DNA of 64,000 bases from an uncultured Nitrososphaeraceae archaeon (GCA_963765895.1 CAVXZB010000084.1:192001-256000), one strand, 5' to 3'. Shown: positions 33,838 to 45,539, numbered from the stretch's first letter. Notes: a model not told the origin generated them from the letters alone. A program made the numbers and translations.

Positions 33838-34536
33838 TTGACAATGCTAAACGATAGTAATGAAGTTCCGATCACTTCAGATCAGATGTATAAGATCGAG
33901 GAAAAGGGGCATGATTTACTAGGAATGCAAAGGGTGTACATGATGGAAAACGCAGGACATGGAATCGCAGATATCGTTGCAACAAAATTCAAAAATGATC
34001 TATCAGGAACAAAAATCGTAGCAATCTGTGGTACTGGCAATAACGGTGGCGACTGTTTTGTCGCGATAAGACACTTAGCGGCGTATATTGATTCGCGGTA
34101 TACGATAGTTTTGTTAGGGTATTCTTCGAAATTACGTAGCGAGGAAGCCAGAATAAATTGGAACATTATTAAAAAAATGAATTCTGTAGAGGTGATTGAA
34201 ACAGACAAATTTACTGAGATGCTCAAAGAGATAATTACCAATGCAGATATCATTTTAGACGGTATTTTCGGAACAGGAATCAAGGGTGAGATAAGAGATC
34301 CTCATGCTTCTGCTATCGATCTCATTAATTCATCCAAAGCCTATAAGGTTGCGGCAGACATCCCCTCTGGATTAGACCCTACAACTGGCAAAGTTTACAA
34401 GAGATGCATACAAGCTAATATAACGATCACATTTCACAGAATCAAAACTGGTCTCCTCAATAACGAGAAGTACACAGGCGAAGTCCATCTTGAACATATA
34501 GGTATCCCTAAAGAGGCGGAAATTGGAATTGTCTGA
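33838..34536 (+). CDS. nnrE: NAD(P)H-hydrate epimerase (YjeF N-terminal domain)
   Basis: MMENAG, CGTGNNGGD, DGIFGTG, DIPSG, TITFH..K.G. Confidence 0.92.
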   Translation: MTMLNDSNEVPITSDQMYKIEEKGHDLLGMQRVYMMENAGHGIADIVATKFKNDLSGTKIVAICGTGNNGGDCFVAIRHLAAYIDSRYTIVLLGYSSKLRSEEARINWNIIKKMNSVEVIETDKFTEMLKEIITNADIILDGIFGTGIKGEIRDPHASAIDLINSSKAYKVAADIPSGLDPTTGKVYKRCIQANITITFHRIKTGLLNNEKYTGEVHLEHIGIPKEAEIGIV

Positions 34537-35182
34537 GACTAAGTATAGAGATGATTCAAAGATCAGGGTAATACAAATACCTGTAGGAACAATGGCAAAT
34601 TTTACGTACATAATAGCTGATCTAGAAACACTGAAGGCATGCATCATTGATCCATCCTGGAACCTTGAAAAATTATTGGAAATATTGAAAAAGAATGGAT
34701 GGGATTTGGAACACATTATAAATACACATACTCATTTTGATCATATTCTGGGTAACGAACAGCTAGCTGCTGTTACTGGTGCTAAAATTATTCAACACGA
34801 ATACTCAAATCAGCCAAGTGATAAATTCGTGAAAGATGGAGACATTGTTTATTTGGGAAATATTCATTTAAAAATATTGTATACCCCAGGGCATTCAAAT
34901 GATAGCATTTGTGTCCTGGTTGAAGACAAATTCATTTTCACAGGGGACACTATTTTTGTAGGCAACTGTGGAAGAGTAGATCTGCCAGGTGGTGATTCTA
35001 GGAAATTGTATAACAGTTTATTTAATGTAATTTCGAAGCTAGACGGTTCATTGATAGTGTACCCTGGCCACGATTATGGAAAGTCACCTACTTCTACAAT
35101 AAAAGAACAAAAGGAAACGAGCCCGATTTTAGTCCCAAGAACGGAAGCTGATTTTGTAAAGTTCATGTCGGGCGATGATTAA
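34523..35182 (+). CDS. MBL-fold metallo-hydrolase (glyoxalase II/ETHE1-like)
   Basis: NTHTHFDH, TPGH, FTGDT, GRVDLPGG, YPGHDY. Confidence 0.9.
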   Translation: MELSETKYRDDSKIRVIQIPVGTMANFTYIIADLETLKACIIDPSWNLEKLLEILKKNGWDLEHIINTHTHFDHILGNEQLAAVTGAKIIQHEYSNQPSDKFVKDGDIVYLGNIHLKILYTPGHSNDSICVLVEDKFIFTGDTIFVGNCGRVDLPGGDSRKLYNSLFNVISKLDGSLIVYPGHDYGKSPTSTIKEQKETSPILVPRTEADFVKFMSGDD

Positions 35183-35218
35183 GGCCTGCACGAACAAAGG
35201 TATTCAGATATATTATGT

Positions 35219-36319
35219 TTGAATCGTCGACATTCTTCGTCTATCGAAAGGTTTCATTGTACTAAGCCCATATTTGTTTGTGTCATATCTTACACTGAAA
35301 CTAGTACAATCCCAGGCATTACTATAGCGGGAGCCAGTCCAGATTTAATGAAATATACCTCCCCAGCCGATTCTGAATTCCTATATTATGGCTATTGTAG
35401 ATGTTTAGAGGAGATTCCAATAACCCCTGATGGAAAACCAACACCAGCAATAATAACTCGAAGCGTCATAGGAGCAACCGACATACCATTTTTTGTAGTT
35501 GATGCTGGGTCGATGATTAAACCTTTTGTTCCGTATATATCATTTAATCAGGAATATGGCAAGAATATTGCATTTGGATCGGCTGTAGATCCTAATAACG
35601 TCAAGAAAGCATTTGAATATGGAAGTTTACTTGGGACTCAAATATCAAAGGTATCAGATTTGGTAGTCTTGGGAGAAAGTATCCCGGGTGGCACTACTAC
35701 CGCATTAGGTGTTCTGAGCGCATTAGGCGCTGGCGCTGAATTTAGAGTCAGTAGTAGCATGCCCAATAATCCTCACATCTTGAAGAATAGGGTGATATCT
35801 CAAGGTCTGACTAGTGCAGGTATCAAGAGAGGAGACTTAAAATCTAATCCTTTTAAGGCTATATCGATATTAGGTGATCCAATGCTGCCTTCTATTTCTG
35901 GGATCGCGGCAGGGGTTCTTGGTAGCGGAGGCAAAGTTATGCTCGCCGGCGGGACCCAGATGACTGCAGTAATTGCAATCCTGAAGTCGCTGGATCAGCC
36001 ACTCGACAATATATGCATTGGTACTACCGTTTATGTAGCAAGAGATCAAACTTCCGACCTCGTTGGTCTTACAGAATCATTATCCGAGAATGCTGTGCCG
36101 GTATATGCTTCCAATTTACATATGGAAGAGTCTAGCATAGATGGATTACAGGCCTTCTCGAAAGGCTATGTTAAGGATGGGGTAGGAGCAGGAGGTATGT
36201 CAATTGCAGCCATACTAAAATTGTCAGGACGTATCAATGGCGAGAACCTTTTGTATTATATTGAAAGGGAGTATAATAGGTTAGTTTCTAGCCGACGCGA
36301 TACGCAGGCTAGCTTATAA
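35219..36319 (+). CDS. cobT: archaeal nicotinate-mononucleotide-dependent phosphoribosyltransferase CobT
   Basis: IPGITIAG, PTPAIITR, GESIPGGTTTAL, SSSM, LAGGTQM, GYVKDGVGAGG. Confidence 0.9.
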   Translation: MNRRHSSSIERFHCTKPIFVCVISYTETSTIPGITIAGASPDLMKYTSPADSEFLYYGYCRCLEEIPITPDGKPTPAIITRSVIGATDIPFFVVDAGSMIKPFVPYISFNQEYGKNIAFGSAVDPNNVKKAFEYGSLLGTQISKVSDLVVLGESIPGGTTTALGVLSALGAGAEFRVSSSMPNNPHILKNRVISQGLTSAGIKRGDLKSNPFKAISILGDPMLPSISGIAAGVLGSGGKVMLAGGTQMTAVIAILKSLDQPLDNICIGTTVYVARDQTSDLVGLTESLSENAVPVYASNLHMEESSIDGLQAFSKGYVKDGVGAGGMSIAAILKLSGRINGENLLYYIEREYNRLVSSRRDTQASL

Positions 36320-36475
36320 AGAATTCGGATTTTTATGAATCTGAGGTGGGCCAATCAGGTAAGATTGCCCATAATCTTTCTGAATTGCGTTTGAAATAAT
36401 ATATATCAATAATGTATTAACACTACCACATGTATTCAGATATGTTAGATTCAATGTATACTTTGGAATATGAGT

Positions 36476-36763
36476 TTAGTCGCTCATTTCAGCAAATACG
36501 GTAGCCTTTGAGATTTCATGTAAGCGCATTGCCAATGTCCTTTCAAATACTTTTTTATTAATGACTCCCTTCTCATGGAGCATGTCCACCAATGTGGCTA
36601 TTCTAGCACTAACCTCTTCCAACTCGGTGAGCTCCTTCGATGTATTTTCGCCAGATCTCATCGAATGCCCATTATTATCGATAGTGTCTTTTTCAGGCAC
36701 AGTATACCATTGATAAACGAATGTATATGCTTTTGCTCGAAATCCTATATCTAGAATACCCAT
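36476..36763 (-). CDS. hypothetical protein
   Basis: Helical C-terminus 'IATLVDMLHEKGVINKKVFE'; the true start may be internal. Confidence 0.55.
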   Translation of the reverse strand: MGILDIGFRAKAYTFVYQWYTVPEKDTIDNNGHSMRSGENTSKELTELEEVSARIATLVDMLHEKGVINKKVFERTLAMRLHEISKATVFAEMSD

Positions 36764-37102
36764 GTAATATCACTATGTATTCTAGATTACCGACAGTAGT
36801 CTCCAGAACGTTGATAATATGATAGGCAAATATGATTGGTGCGTATCGAAGCCTTCTGATCAAGCAATACAATTGACTTTCATCGTTGATCATCATAACA
36901 ATGGAAATCCTTAATGTTTGTAAGGATCTACTTGCATAGTCTATCCCTTACAGCAAATTTATCGCTTATTGTATCGGTCATTGAGAGCATATTATAATAA
37001 AATACGACATGCTTTTATTTCAAAAAGTTAATAATTATTTTCGAATGAATCTGTACTCTAAATACGGTCCGCTCTATCTTAGCCTTTAGATTAAGGTTCA
37101 TT

Positions 37103-38867
37103 GTGTTCATCTTAATTCTGATAATAATTTTGGCAAGTTCATCTAACTTGATTAACCTCAACTCAGCTTCGAGCATCAAGACCGAACATGAACGACAAGC
37201 AGGTGATACCCTAACATTCCTTAGAACGTATGGAAAAATAGTTGTTCCTATAAGCACGTCCGTTGATCGACACAAAGTGCACCCACAGAATAATGGCACC
37301 AATTATCAGTCAAAGACGTCTAATAATTCAGATACCGGGTTTGAGGCGAGAAATAGGAATAATTGGATAACGGTTAATCATGATATCCATAGCACCAGAT
37401 TTAGCAACCAGACAACAATTAACAAGGAGAACGTAGCACAATTGAAAGTTAAATGGACGTTACTTAATGACGTTGCAATACAAGATCCGCCTATAATCAT
37501 TGGTAGCAATGGATTCGTACAGGATGATTCAGGTGCAATCATAGCGTTTGATACCAGTACTGGGAACGTTCTTTGGAGGTCTGAAATAGGAAGTGGTCCA
37601 ACGATGGGTTTGACCTCTAGCAATGGCGTAATATATGCAGCAACTGGATATCATAGCACCGTGGTAGCAATTAAGCCAAACGATGGTAAAATTATCTGGC
37701 AGTCTGAGGTCTTGGGTGATCCTAAAACTGGTTACAATATTCCTACTTGCCCAATCGTATGGAAGGGTTATGTAATAGTAGGCTCAGCCGGCGGTGGTGA
37801 TGTCTCTACCGGGGTGGGAACTGTAAGAGGAAATATTACTGCTCTTAACAGTACTAATGGTAAGACAATATGGAATCTGAATACTACTTCAGGCCAATGG
37901 GTCAATCCAGATACTGCTCCTAAATATAATTCTGGAGCAAACGATTGGTCCGGTGGTTCTCTTGACCCTGAAACTGGTATAATATATATGCCACTAGGTA
38001 GTCCATCTCCAAACTTTAATGCCACAACAAGACAAGCTGGCGACTTCTTCTCAAACCACATGATAGCCATAAACATCACCAATGGAGAATTAATTTGGGC
38101 CACACCGTTCGTTGCTCGCGGAACTGTTTTGAATGTAACTGTCCCAGATACGCATGACTGGGATACATCCTGGGGAAGCAGTATAAGCAAAATCGCCTAT
38201 GATAATGGAACGCAAGAGAAAATAGTAATTGGCCACGATAAAATGGGGAATATCGTTGCTATGGATGCATCTACTGGTAAAGTGCGATGGTGGAAGACTT
38301 TAGGAAGACACTCCAATACTGATGCAATTCCAATGCCTAATGGCACCGGCGAGGTTTGGTCTTATGGAATTTTTAACTATCATGCTGTAGACAACAATAA
38401 TACACTCTATATAGCTCGCTACGAACAGAGGTTTGAATTATTTTACTGATGGTGGAGTTTCAGGACATAGAGTATCTCCTCCACACACTATAGAACTAGG
38501 GTTACGCAATGGTACGATAGCTGCAGTGGATTTAAGAACTGGAAAACTCAAATGGCAATTATCGACAGAATTCCCTCCAAGAGTGTCGCCCTTGGTTACA
38601 AAAGATGTACTATTTGCTGGCTACATCCACTTTACAGAGAAAATCAAAGCGAACGGTCATGTTTCAACAACAACAAAGTCCGGTGTTATATTAGCCTTAA
38701 ATAAGGAAAATGGTCAAAAGATATGGAAACAAAATATTAATGCAGAAATAGGTCAGGTTGGCCCATCGATAGCGAGCGGAACACTTTTCGTACCGACCGA
38801 AAAGATCCGAGTAGATTCAAGAGATGGCCCTCAACACGGAGGATCTATAATTGCGTTTGGACTTTAA
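37103..38867 (+). CDS. secreted PQQ-binding-like beta-propeller protein (+1 frameshift at about 38417)
   Basis: Repeated A-x-D/N-x-x-x-G-x-x-x-W docking motifs, INKENVAQLKVKW, HDWD; deleting C38417 gives YIAATNRGLNYF. Confidence 0.85.
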
Positions 38868-39226
38868 AAACAGAATTAGCTGGAAGTGAAGATGTAGAAT
38901 AAAGATAGCAAGTATCTTAGATATATCACATGGAAAAATAACATTCCATCCCTATTGTGGGATTGATAGAGCTATCGATGATGCTCTAGAGTAAGTGAAT
39001 TAGTATTGTTACTGTACTCGAGAATATATTTGCATCACTCAGATATAAAATAGTATTAGCATCCTATCAAGCATTATTTTGGACAGGTGTGTTGTAAGTC
39101 AAAAATTAAAGATATCGTGTTCACAACTCCATATATTATCAAAAATTTTTGTAATATATGTCCCAGTGCGATTATAAATATTTAATTTTCATACTATGGC
39201 AAAGTTGTTTAGTCTTAAAAGTAAGA

Positions 39227-39325
39227 CGCCGGGAGAGGGATTCGAACCCTCGAGACCTTCACAAATCACAAGCTAACAAGGTACAATTTCCAGGCTTGCG
39301 CCCTCCCAGGCTAGGCGACCCCGGC
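39227..39325 (-). tRNA. tRNA-Ser(GGA) with a 13-nt canonical 37/38 intron (39275-39287)
   Basis: GCCGGGG acceptor stem, CAAGC-CT-GGA-A[ATTGTACCTTGTT]A-GCTTG anticodon arm, long variable arm, GAGGG-TTCGAAT-CCCTC, discriminator G. Confidence 0.92.
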
Positions 39326-39425
39326 ATATGTATATTCCGTAACAAATTCGATATATTAACTATTAAACAATTTTACAACTGCCTCCTCCTTCTAATACAA
39401 CACTTGATATAACAAATTCAAAATT

Positions 39426-39605
39426 TCAAATACTTTCACTGATTCGATTATCCAAACTTAGAATCATTTCACCCGAAATCAGATCATATTTTTTTATATC
39501 AAAATGTCCAGTCTCGACCTGATGATCCTCCCAATCAGAGTGGAAAATAAACCTTTGCCGACATTCTACGCATATACATAGTATTTTTAGGTCTTCAGGA
39601 TGCAT
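39426..39605 (-). CDS. small C2H2-type zinc-finger protein (not in the ORF track)
   Basis: MHPEDLKILCICVECRQRFIFHSDWEDHQVETGHFDIKKYDLISGEMILSLDNRISESI*; C-x2-C-x3-F-x8-H-x5-H. Confidence 0.7.
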   Translation of the reverse strand: MHPEDLKILCICVECRQRFIFHSDWEDHQVETGHFDIKKYDLISGEMILSLDNRISESI

Positions 39606-41054
39606 GATCGTTAATATGGTATAACCAGAACTATCAAATATATAGAATAGGGAAGTAGTTAATATTCGTTTTATTCGGATTTTTTTTACGAAGTATTCGA
39701 TGTAACCTTGAAGAGGTATTTTGGTAACATCTTCGTTCTCTAATACATTATATACTCAGATTGTTATTTTATCACTTGTCTACAATTCCAAAGCTGCTCT
39801 ACATTGTAATATATTAATGTGATAGCATAACTCTACCATCTCAAACTACTGCAAATGATTATTATTGATTTCTAATTTATACTTTGATCCTTTGGACTAG
39901 TATAACTGGAAATAACTATATAATTCACTAAGATGGTTCAGGCAAATTTAGGTGTATCATTTTAGTTAATGGTTCATTGCAAGAAATCATATCTTATCAT
40001 ATATCTCACTTGTCATTGGTTTTCTTATTAAAACAGGGCCTGATTATCTATTGAGCCAATACAATTCGTTTCTTGAGTATCGATCCTGATTGTGGCTAAC
40101 CCCGTACTGAGTATTAATCTTCATAACTATAAATCCAACAAAGCTGACAAAAAATGAAATACACCTAGATAAGTTGGTATTTGATCAATAATGAATAATG
40201 TCCTCTGCAATTGTACTTCCATATAAAAATGTGATTTGACCATGGATTATCCTAATTGGCATATTACTAGATACGATTAGAACCTAGGATTCTATCCAAT
40301 AGATAATGATACCTTATATTACTCTTCTTAAAGATCCAAGAATAATACTTCTATTCAGTATAGAGAGAAATGAGAAACACTATTAGTTTTTTATATCTAA
40401 AGCGAACAGAATAGGAAAGGATTGGATATTGAAATAATTAATAAGTAATAGAACTGTAGTGTCTGGTGGTCAGTAAATAAATCAGAGGTCTAAACATAAG
40501 AATAGCAATACCCGATCCGGAACAATAAATATGCTGTACCAGTCTTTGTAACAAAAAAATTCTCGCCTCAGGAATTGAAGTAGATAAATTAGAGGAGGAT
40601 CATATTTTTTAAAATAATCGTTTTTAAATCATCTGGCCTTTAGGCTATCTAATGTTGTGCATGTAGATGAGCTCACTATATGTCTAAGTGTTTATCACGA
40701 CCAAAAAATTATTCGTACTTTTGTAATATTGTAACAATTAAGGAAATTTAATTGAGAAGAACATGAGCCTATGAATTACATCACTATTACGCTAGATAAC
40801 TGGCTTCTAGTTGGGTGAGGATCATTGAGGATTCATATTATATTCGATCTCGCAAATAAAAATCAGTGGGCTCCCAGCCCTATTACTAAACCTCGTCAGA
40901 ACCTGCAAATCGTAAGGTCATTTCTACTGCAATAAAAACTCGATGTATAGAGAGTTAACCGGTGGTAAAAGGGTCACTATCTATAAGTAGAATTTTGGTA
41001 TCCAAAGATCAGGCTCATTAGTGAGCATTAGATTTTTCTCGAGTATTTTTGATA

Positions 41055-42125
41055 TTAATATGATTGATTAGTTACACTCGCACTCGCACTATTAGTCACA
41101 TTGGTATCAGAGATACTAACATTTGAACGCCAAGCTTTAGGATATGTACCTGGTTTCATAATAATTCTTTTCATGTGAAATGCTATTCCCTTTATACTTT
41201 CTTTAATATCCTCGATTGACATCGCAGCTTCTGCTAGTCCCACTATTTCCCCCTTTATGGTATAAATGCCAACAAGTTCATGGATCTTGAGATTTTTCGT
41301 AATTGCCAAAATACCGGGTACTGCAAGTTGAGCGCCATGACATAAGGCATCGACGGCTGTATCTCTGATTACAACTGCGGGTATTGGTTCTAAACATTGT
41401 TCGACTGGTCTTATAATTTTTTTAAGTTTAGTCTCATCTTTTTTTTCCCTGTAAATCTGGATCGCATCAGAAAGATCATGTAGTCTTGTAAAATTATCAT
41501 TATTTTCGCAAAAGTTGCTAACCCTAGTTCTACGAAGCTCAATCATGGTGGCTCCTGGGCTCAGAATTTCGCCAATATCATAAATGATCTTTCGAATATA
41601 TGTACCTGCCTGACAAACAGTCCTGATTAGTAAAAGACGGTCGAACTGTTCAACAACTTCCAATTCATATATCGTTCTAATGCGAGTGGCTCTTCTAACT
41701 GATGATCTCTGAGGTGGTCTTTGATAAATATCACCAACAAACTCTTTTACAATATCGTTCAATTTATCATTAGAAATGTGTGCATGCAATCGCGCTAAAG
41801 CATAATATTCCTTTGGACCCAAAAGTAACACCGATAGCGCCTTTGTTCCTTCTCCAAGTCCGATTGGCAAAAGTCCGGTAGCACCAGGATCTAATGTGCC
41901 GCTATGCCCTGCCTTTTCAATCCTAAGCAACTTCTTTATCCAAGCAATAACCTCATGGCTGGTAGGACCTGGAGGTTTATCTAGTAGAATTACTCCATAT
42001 TGAAATAATTCATTTAGTGGCCGCTTATCAGGATAATGGCCGTATTTTTCACTAGTTATGTCATCATCGACCCTCTCCAAATCCTGTAACTGTATGAATG
42101 GAAATTTGTTATCTCTCAAGGCCAT
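41055..42125 (-). CDS. cbf5: RNA-guided pseudouridine synthase Cbf5
   Basis: LDKPPGPTSHEV, GHSGTLDP, QRPP.RSSV, GTYIRK, ELRRTR, PUA domain. Confidence 0.96.
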   Translation of the reverse strand: MALRDNKFPFIQLQDLERVDDDITSEKYGHYPDKRPLNELFQYGVILLDKPPGPTSHEVIAWIKKLLRIEKAGHSGTLDPGATGLLPIGLGEGTKALSVLLLGPKEYYALARLHAHISNDKLNDIVKEFVGDIYQRPPQRSSVRRATRIRTIYELEVVEQFDRLLLIRTVCQAGTYIRKIIYDIGEILSPGATMIELRRTRVSNFCENNDNFTRLHDLSDAIQIYREKKDETKLKKIIRPVEQCLEPIPAVVIRDTAVDALCHGAQLAVPGILAITKNLKIHELVGIYTIKGEIVGLAEAAMSIEDIKESIKGIAFHMKRIIMKPGTYPKAWRSNVSISDTNVTNSASASVTNQSY

Positions 42126-42424
42126 TAATGCTAGACTCGCCTACTGATATATCAATGTAGATTTTTTAGCCCCCCAAGAGCGTATACTTAACCTTGCTTC
42201 GTAAGCTAGGGTAATCGAACCTACAAGAATTACTATATTATTTTCGTGCACTCTTACGATGAAATGATTTTGGGGTACGTCATTCATGATCGTAAATACC
42301 AATTATTAGAATGTAATTAATCGGTAGATCGATTACAGTCGACACTTTATTTGATATTCCACACTTCCGAGGTTTCTTATCTCAAGTAAATAATTTCTCA
42401 TTTAAAACTGTGTCTTTAAAAAAA

Positions 42425-43723
42425 TTATGGGAGTAATGGGGGTAACTTGAGATCTGGAAATCCTGGAATTTTCGGTAGCTGTGGCATGGGACCTAAGCCG
42501 AATGGTAATTGTGGGCGAGATGTAGAGTCCTGAGAAATTGCGGTAGCTTGAGGTGTGGGTCGCTTTTGCAATGGAATTGAGAGATCCATAGTCGCACCAT
42601 TTCTCGCTATCGTTAACTTTACGTTATCACCTATCTTCTTGTGTTGTTCAATATAATTAATTATATCGTCGATTTGTCTTACAGAATGATTATCGATTGC
42701 CGTTATGATATCTCCAACATTTGTGATAACTCCATTGTCGTCTAAAACAGTAGCTTTCAAGCCGGCCTTCGCGAGCTGGCCCACCATCTTGTACTGAAAT
42801 TACAACCACTCCTTTAAAATTGGGCGATAAACCCATATTTCTCATCAAACTAGTTGGAATCTTGGTACCGGCTAGTCCTAGCCACGGATGTACATATGTA
42901 CCAGTCTTGATTAGTGAAGGCAATTCACGAATAATACTTTCTGACGGAATGGCAAAACCTACACCAGAATAAGCGCCTGTACCTAGAGAATATTGCGGTG
43001 TTCATCCCAATTACATTACCACTCATATCAAGTAACGGTCCTCCAGAATTTCCTGGGTTAATTGCAGCGTCGGTTTGAATAGTATTTGGTATTGCATAAC
43101 CGTTCTGACTATCAGCAGGTAATAGCCTACCAATCTGACTAACTATACCTGTCGTCATACTTGCGCTTAGACCAAATGGATTCCCTATAGCTATGAGTTG
43201 CTGTCCAACCTGTACGTTCGAAGAATTCACTATTGGTAATGGTAATAGTTTTTCATCTGAGAAATTATCGGTTATTTGTAAAACTGCAAGGTCACCGAAT
43301 GGATCTCTTCCGATAACTTTAGCAGAGTACGTATTTCCATCGACGAAAGTAATATCAGCCTTAGTTGCACCATCTACTACATGATTATTGGTTAACACAT
43401 GTCCTTGTTTGTCAAGTATAAACCCGGAACCTAGCGCAGAATTTCTTCCCGTGGAGGGAACACCATTTATTATTATAAGCTGATTCGGATCGCTCCTGGT
43501 AGTCGTGATTTGTACTACCGAATTCTCGACCCTTTTAAAAATATCTACAAGGGTTGACTGAGGTTGTTGTTGTGTGGTTTTCTCTATTTGGCCGACTCTT
43601 CTGATTTTCGTTTACTTGTGTTTGTGCTAGCACTTTATTATAATGCGATATCATTACAACCGATATAGTTCCCGATATTACTACAATAGCAAGAACTAGG
43701 ATCCGTTGCATAGTTTGCTTCAT
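42425..43723 (-). CDS. HtrA/DegP-type serine protease with PDZ domain (three +1 frameshifts)
   Basis: Signal/TM; GSGFI..TNNHVV (His), GDLAV (Asp), IQTDAAINPGNSGGPL (Ser), HPWLGL and GDIITAID (PDZ); shifts at about 43560-43600, 42983 and 42773. Confidence 0.9.
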
Positions 43724-43939
43724 ATTTATTGTAATGCCATCCGAATATTTATATCTTGACATTTATATCAATAAGAGTGTAGAAAAATGTCAATATTGGA
43801 AGTAATTGTCATATTCGATATTGCATAGCTAAATGACAACTTGATGTCGGACATATTAATATCAATCAGTATCGTACGTGAAGATCTGGAAATGGAGATT
43901 GAATAATTAACAGCAGATTAAGAAAAAATTACAAGTCTT

Positions 43940-43978
43940 GATGCTGCAAATTTAAGTTAAATTAATATTTGCAGCATC
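43940..43978. promoter_or_regulatory. perfect 12-bp inverted repeat (hairpin or operator)
   Basis: GATGCTGCAAAT-N15-ATTTGCAGCATC; function unknown. Confidence 0.45.
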
Positions 43979-44279
43979 CATATTGCAGGCTAAAAATTAA
44001 TTTTTTCTTACACTTAGATTTGTTTAGCCATTATGGCAAAAATTATTCTTTTGATCACTAGTCTACCGAAGAAATTTATATTAGACACTTGATGCTCTGT
44101 TGTTCACTTTGTAAAAGATCTTTTTTTACACTCTCGAATTTGAGTAGAAATTGAGATGACATAAAATTAGTCATTGCCAATACATAATTACGGAACAAAC
44201 ATTAAGGTTTCTCAGGTTCCTGTCCAAAAATTATTCTAAAGTGATTGTAGTGACAAATAATATGATAAGGGAGTTGTTC

Positions 44280-44723
44280 CTAACGATAGGATTTCTGCTT
44301 TCTGCGCCTTGCTCCAGGACCACCAAATTTCTTCGATTCGGTCTGTCTGGGATCGCCGGCCAAGAAGTGTCTGTCATAGTTAATTATTTTTTTGCGAATT
44401 TCCTCTCTTACGCTCTTTGATAGAGGATGTTCTTTGGGATCCTTACCTCCCTTCGCTTCACCAGCAATTGCCCGAGATATTGCAACTGCGCTTGCAAATG
44501 CCTGACCCATAAAACCTCCACCCTGAACCTTTACATTGATGTCAAACCTGTTCCTTAATTCACCTATTATATTCAGTGGTGTTAGTACTACTTCCCTTGC
44601 CACTTCTGGTTCTACCAGCTCTGCGGGAATATTGTTGATTCTTACTCGGCCGCTACCCTTAGAAATGGTAGCTGTAGCACGACAAGATTTTCTTTGTCCC
44701 GGATAAAGATCTGTTTTATGCAT
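44280..44723 (-). CDS. rps9: 30S ribosomal protein S9
   Basis: GQRKSCRA, GGGFMGQA, ESKKFGGPGARRRKQKSYR; ATG 44723 overlaps the rpl13 stop. Confidence 0.97.
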   Translation of the reverse strand: MHKTDLYPGQRKSCRATATISKGSGRVRINNIPAELVEPEVAREVVLTPLNIIGELRNRFDINVKVQGGGFMGQAFASAVAISRAIAGEAKGGKDPKEHPLSKSVREEIRKKIINYDRHFLAGDPRQTESKKFGGPGARRRKQKSYR

Positions 44724-45196
44724 TAGATTATCATCCCTTTCCATCCGATTTGCCTTGCTATCTCACCCATGGTAACATAATATGATGGAGACTTTGTAAT
44801 TTTACAGTCTTCAAAGGTTTCAAAATCAGCTTTTTTCAATTTCTCTGGAATGCCATTATAAACCCGTAATTTTTTTAATGCTACTTTGCCATTTGACTTA
44901 CGTTTAGGTAACATCCCTCTAACCATTCTCGTCAATATTGTATCCGGTCTTCTAGGATGAAATGGGCCATGAATTGGATTCGTTGCGGAGGCTACTTCAA
45001 GATTTTTCTTGTATGCATCTATTGTAGCATACTTGTTCCCAGATAACATGGCTTTTTCAGCGTTTACAATAGAAACCATTTTGCCTTGTTGTAATATTTT
45101 TGACACGCGAGAACAAATTCTACCTGCAATGCAGTTTGCAGCGTCTATGGTTACTAAATGGCCCTTGTCAGTAAGCTCTGCCTGTCTTTCAGCCAA
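44723..45196 (-). CDS. rpl13: 50S ribosomal protein L13
   Basis: IDA...GR..S, VNAEKA..SG, GPFHPRRPD, RMVRGMLP. Confidence 0.97.
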   Translation of the reverse strand: MAERQAELTDKGHLVTIDAANCIAGRICSRVSKILQQGKMVSIVNAEKAMLSGNKYATIDAYKKNLEVASATNPIHGPFHPRRPDTILTRMVRGMLPKRKSNGKVALKKLRVYNGIPEKLKKADFETFEDCKITKSPSYYVTMGEIARQIGWKGMII

Positions 45197-45539
45197 TTAT
45201 TCTGACCCCCTTGCCCTCGGGATAGGATTGGGTAAGATCTGCGACAGTTACGATCTTTCCCCCACAATCATACAGTTTTTTAGCAGCTTTTAGAGACATT
45301 GAAAAAGCACATACAGTGAGTTTATGATTAATCTTGCCTGACCCAAGAATTTTACCCGGAACAATAATAGTTTCCCCTTCTTTAGTAACGCTTGCCAGTT
45401 TGCTAATATTAACTTCACTTGCGCGTGATCTCGAATTCGCAAGCTTATTCTCGAGATGCTTCCAAATTGGGGCCCTCTTGGATTTGAAAGCCTTCCGAAG
45501 AACCCATGTAGTCTCACTCGACATACTTTTAGTAATCAT
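45189..45539 (-). CDS. rpl18e: 50S ribosomal protein L18e
   Basis: APIWK, EVNISKL, IVPGKILGSG, AFSMS..A..K. Confidence 0.95.
   Translation of the reverse strand: MITKSMSSETTWVLRKAFKSKRAPIWKHLENKLANSRSRASEVNISKLASVTKEGETIIVPGKILGSGKINHKLTVCAFSMSLKAAKKLYDCGGKIVTVADLTQSYPEGKGVRIIG

Noticed and set aside
42160-42230. GGTTCGATT on the minus strand and a small hairpin upstream of cbf5 as a tRNA or H/ACA RNA
   Set aside because: No cloverleaf or T-stem pairing; the region is better explained as the cbf5 promoter (TTAAGTATA).
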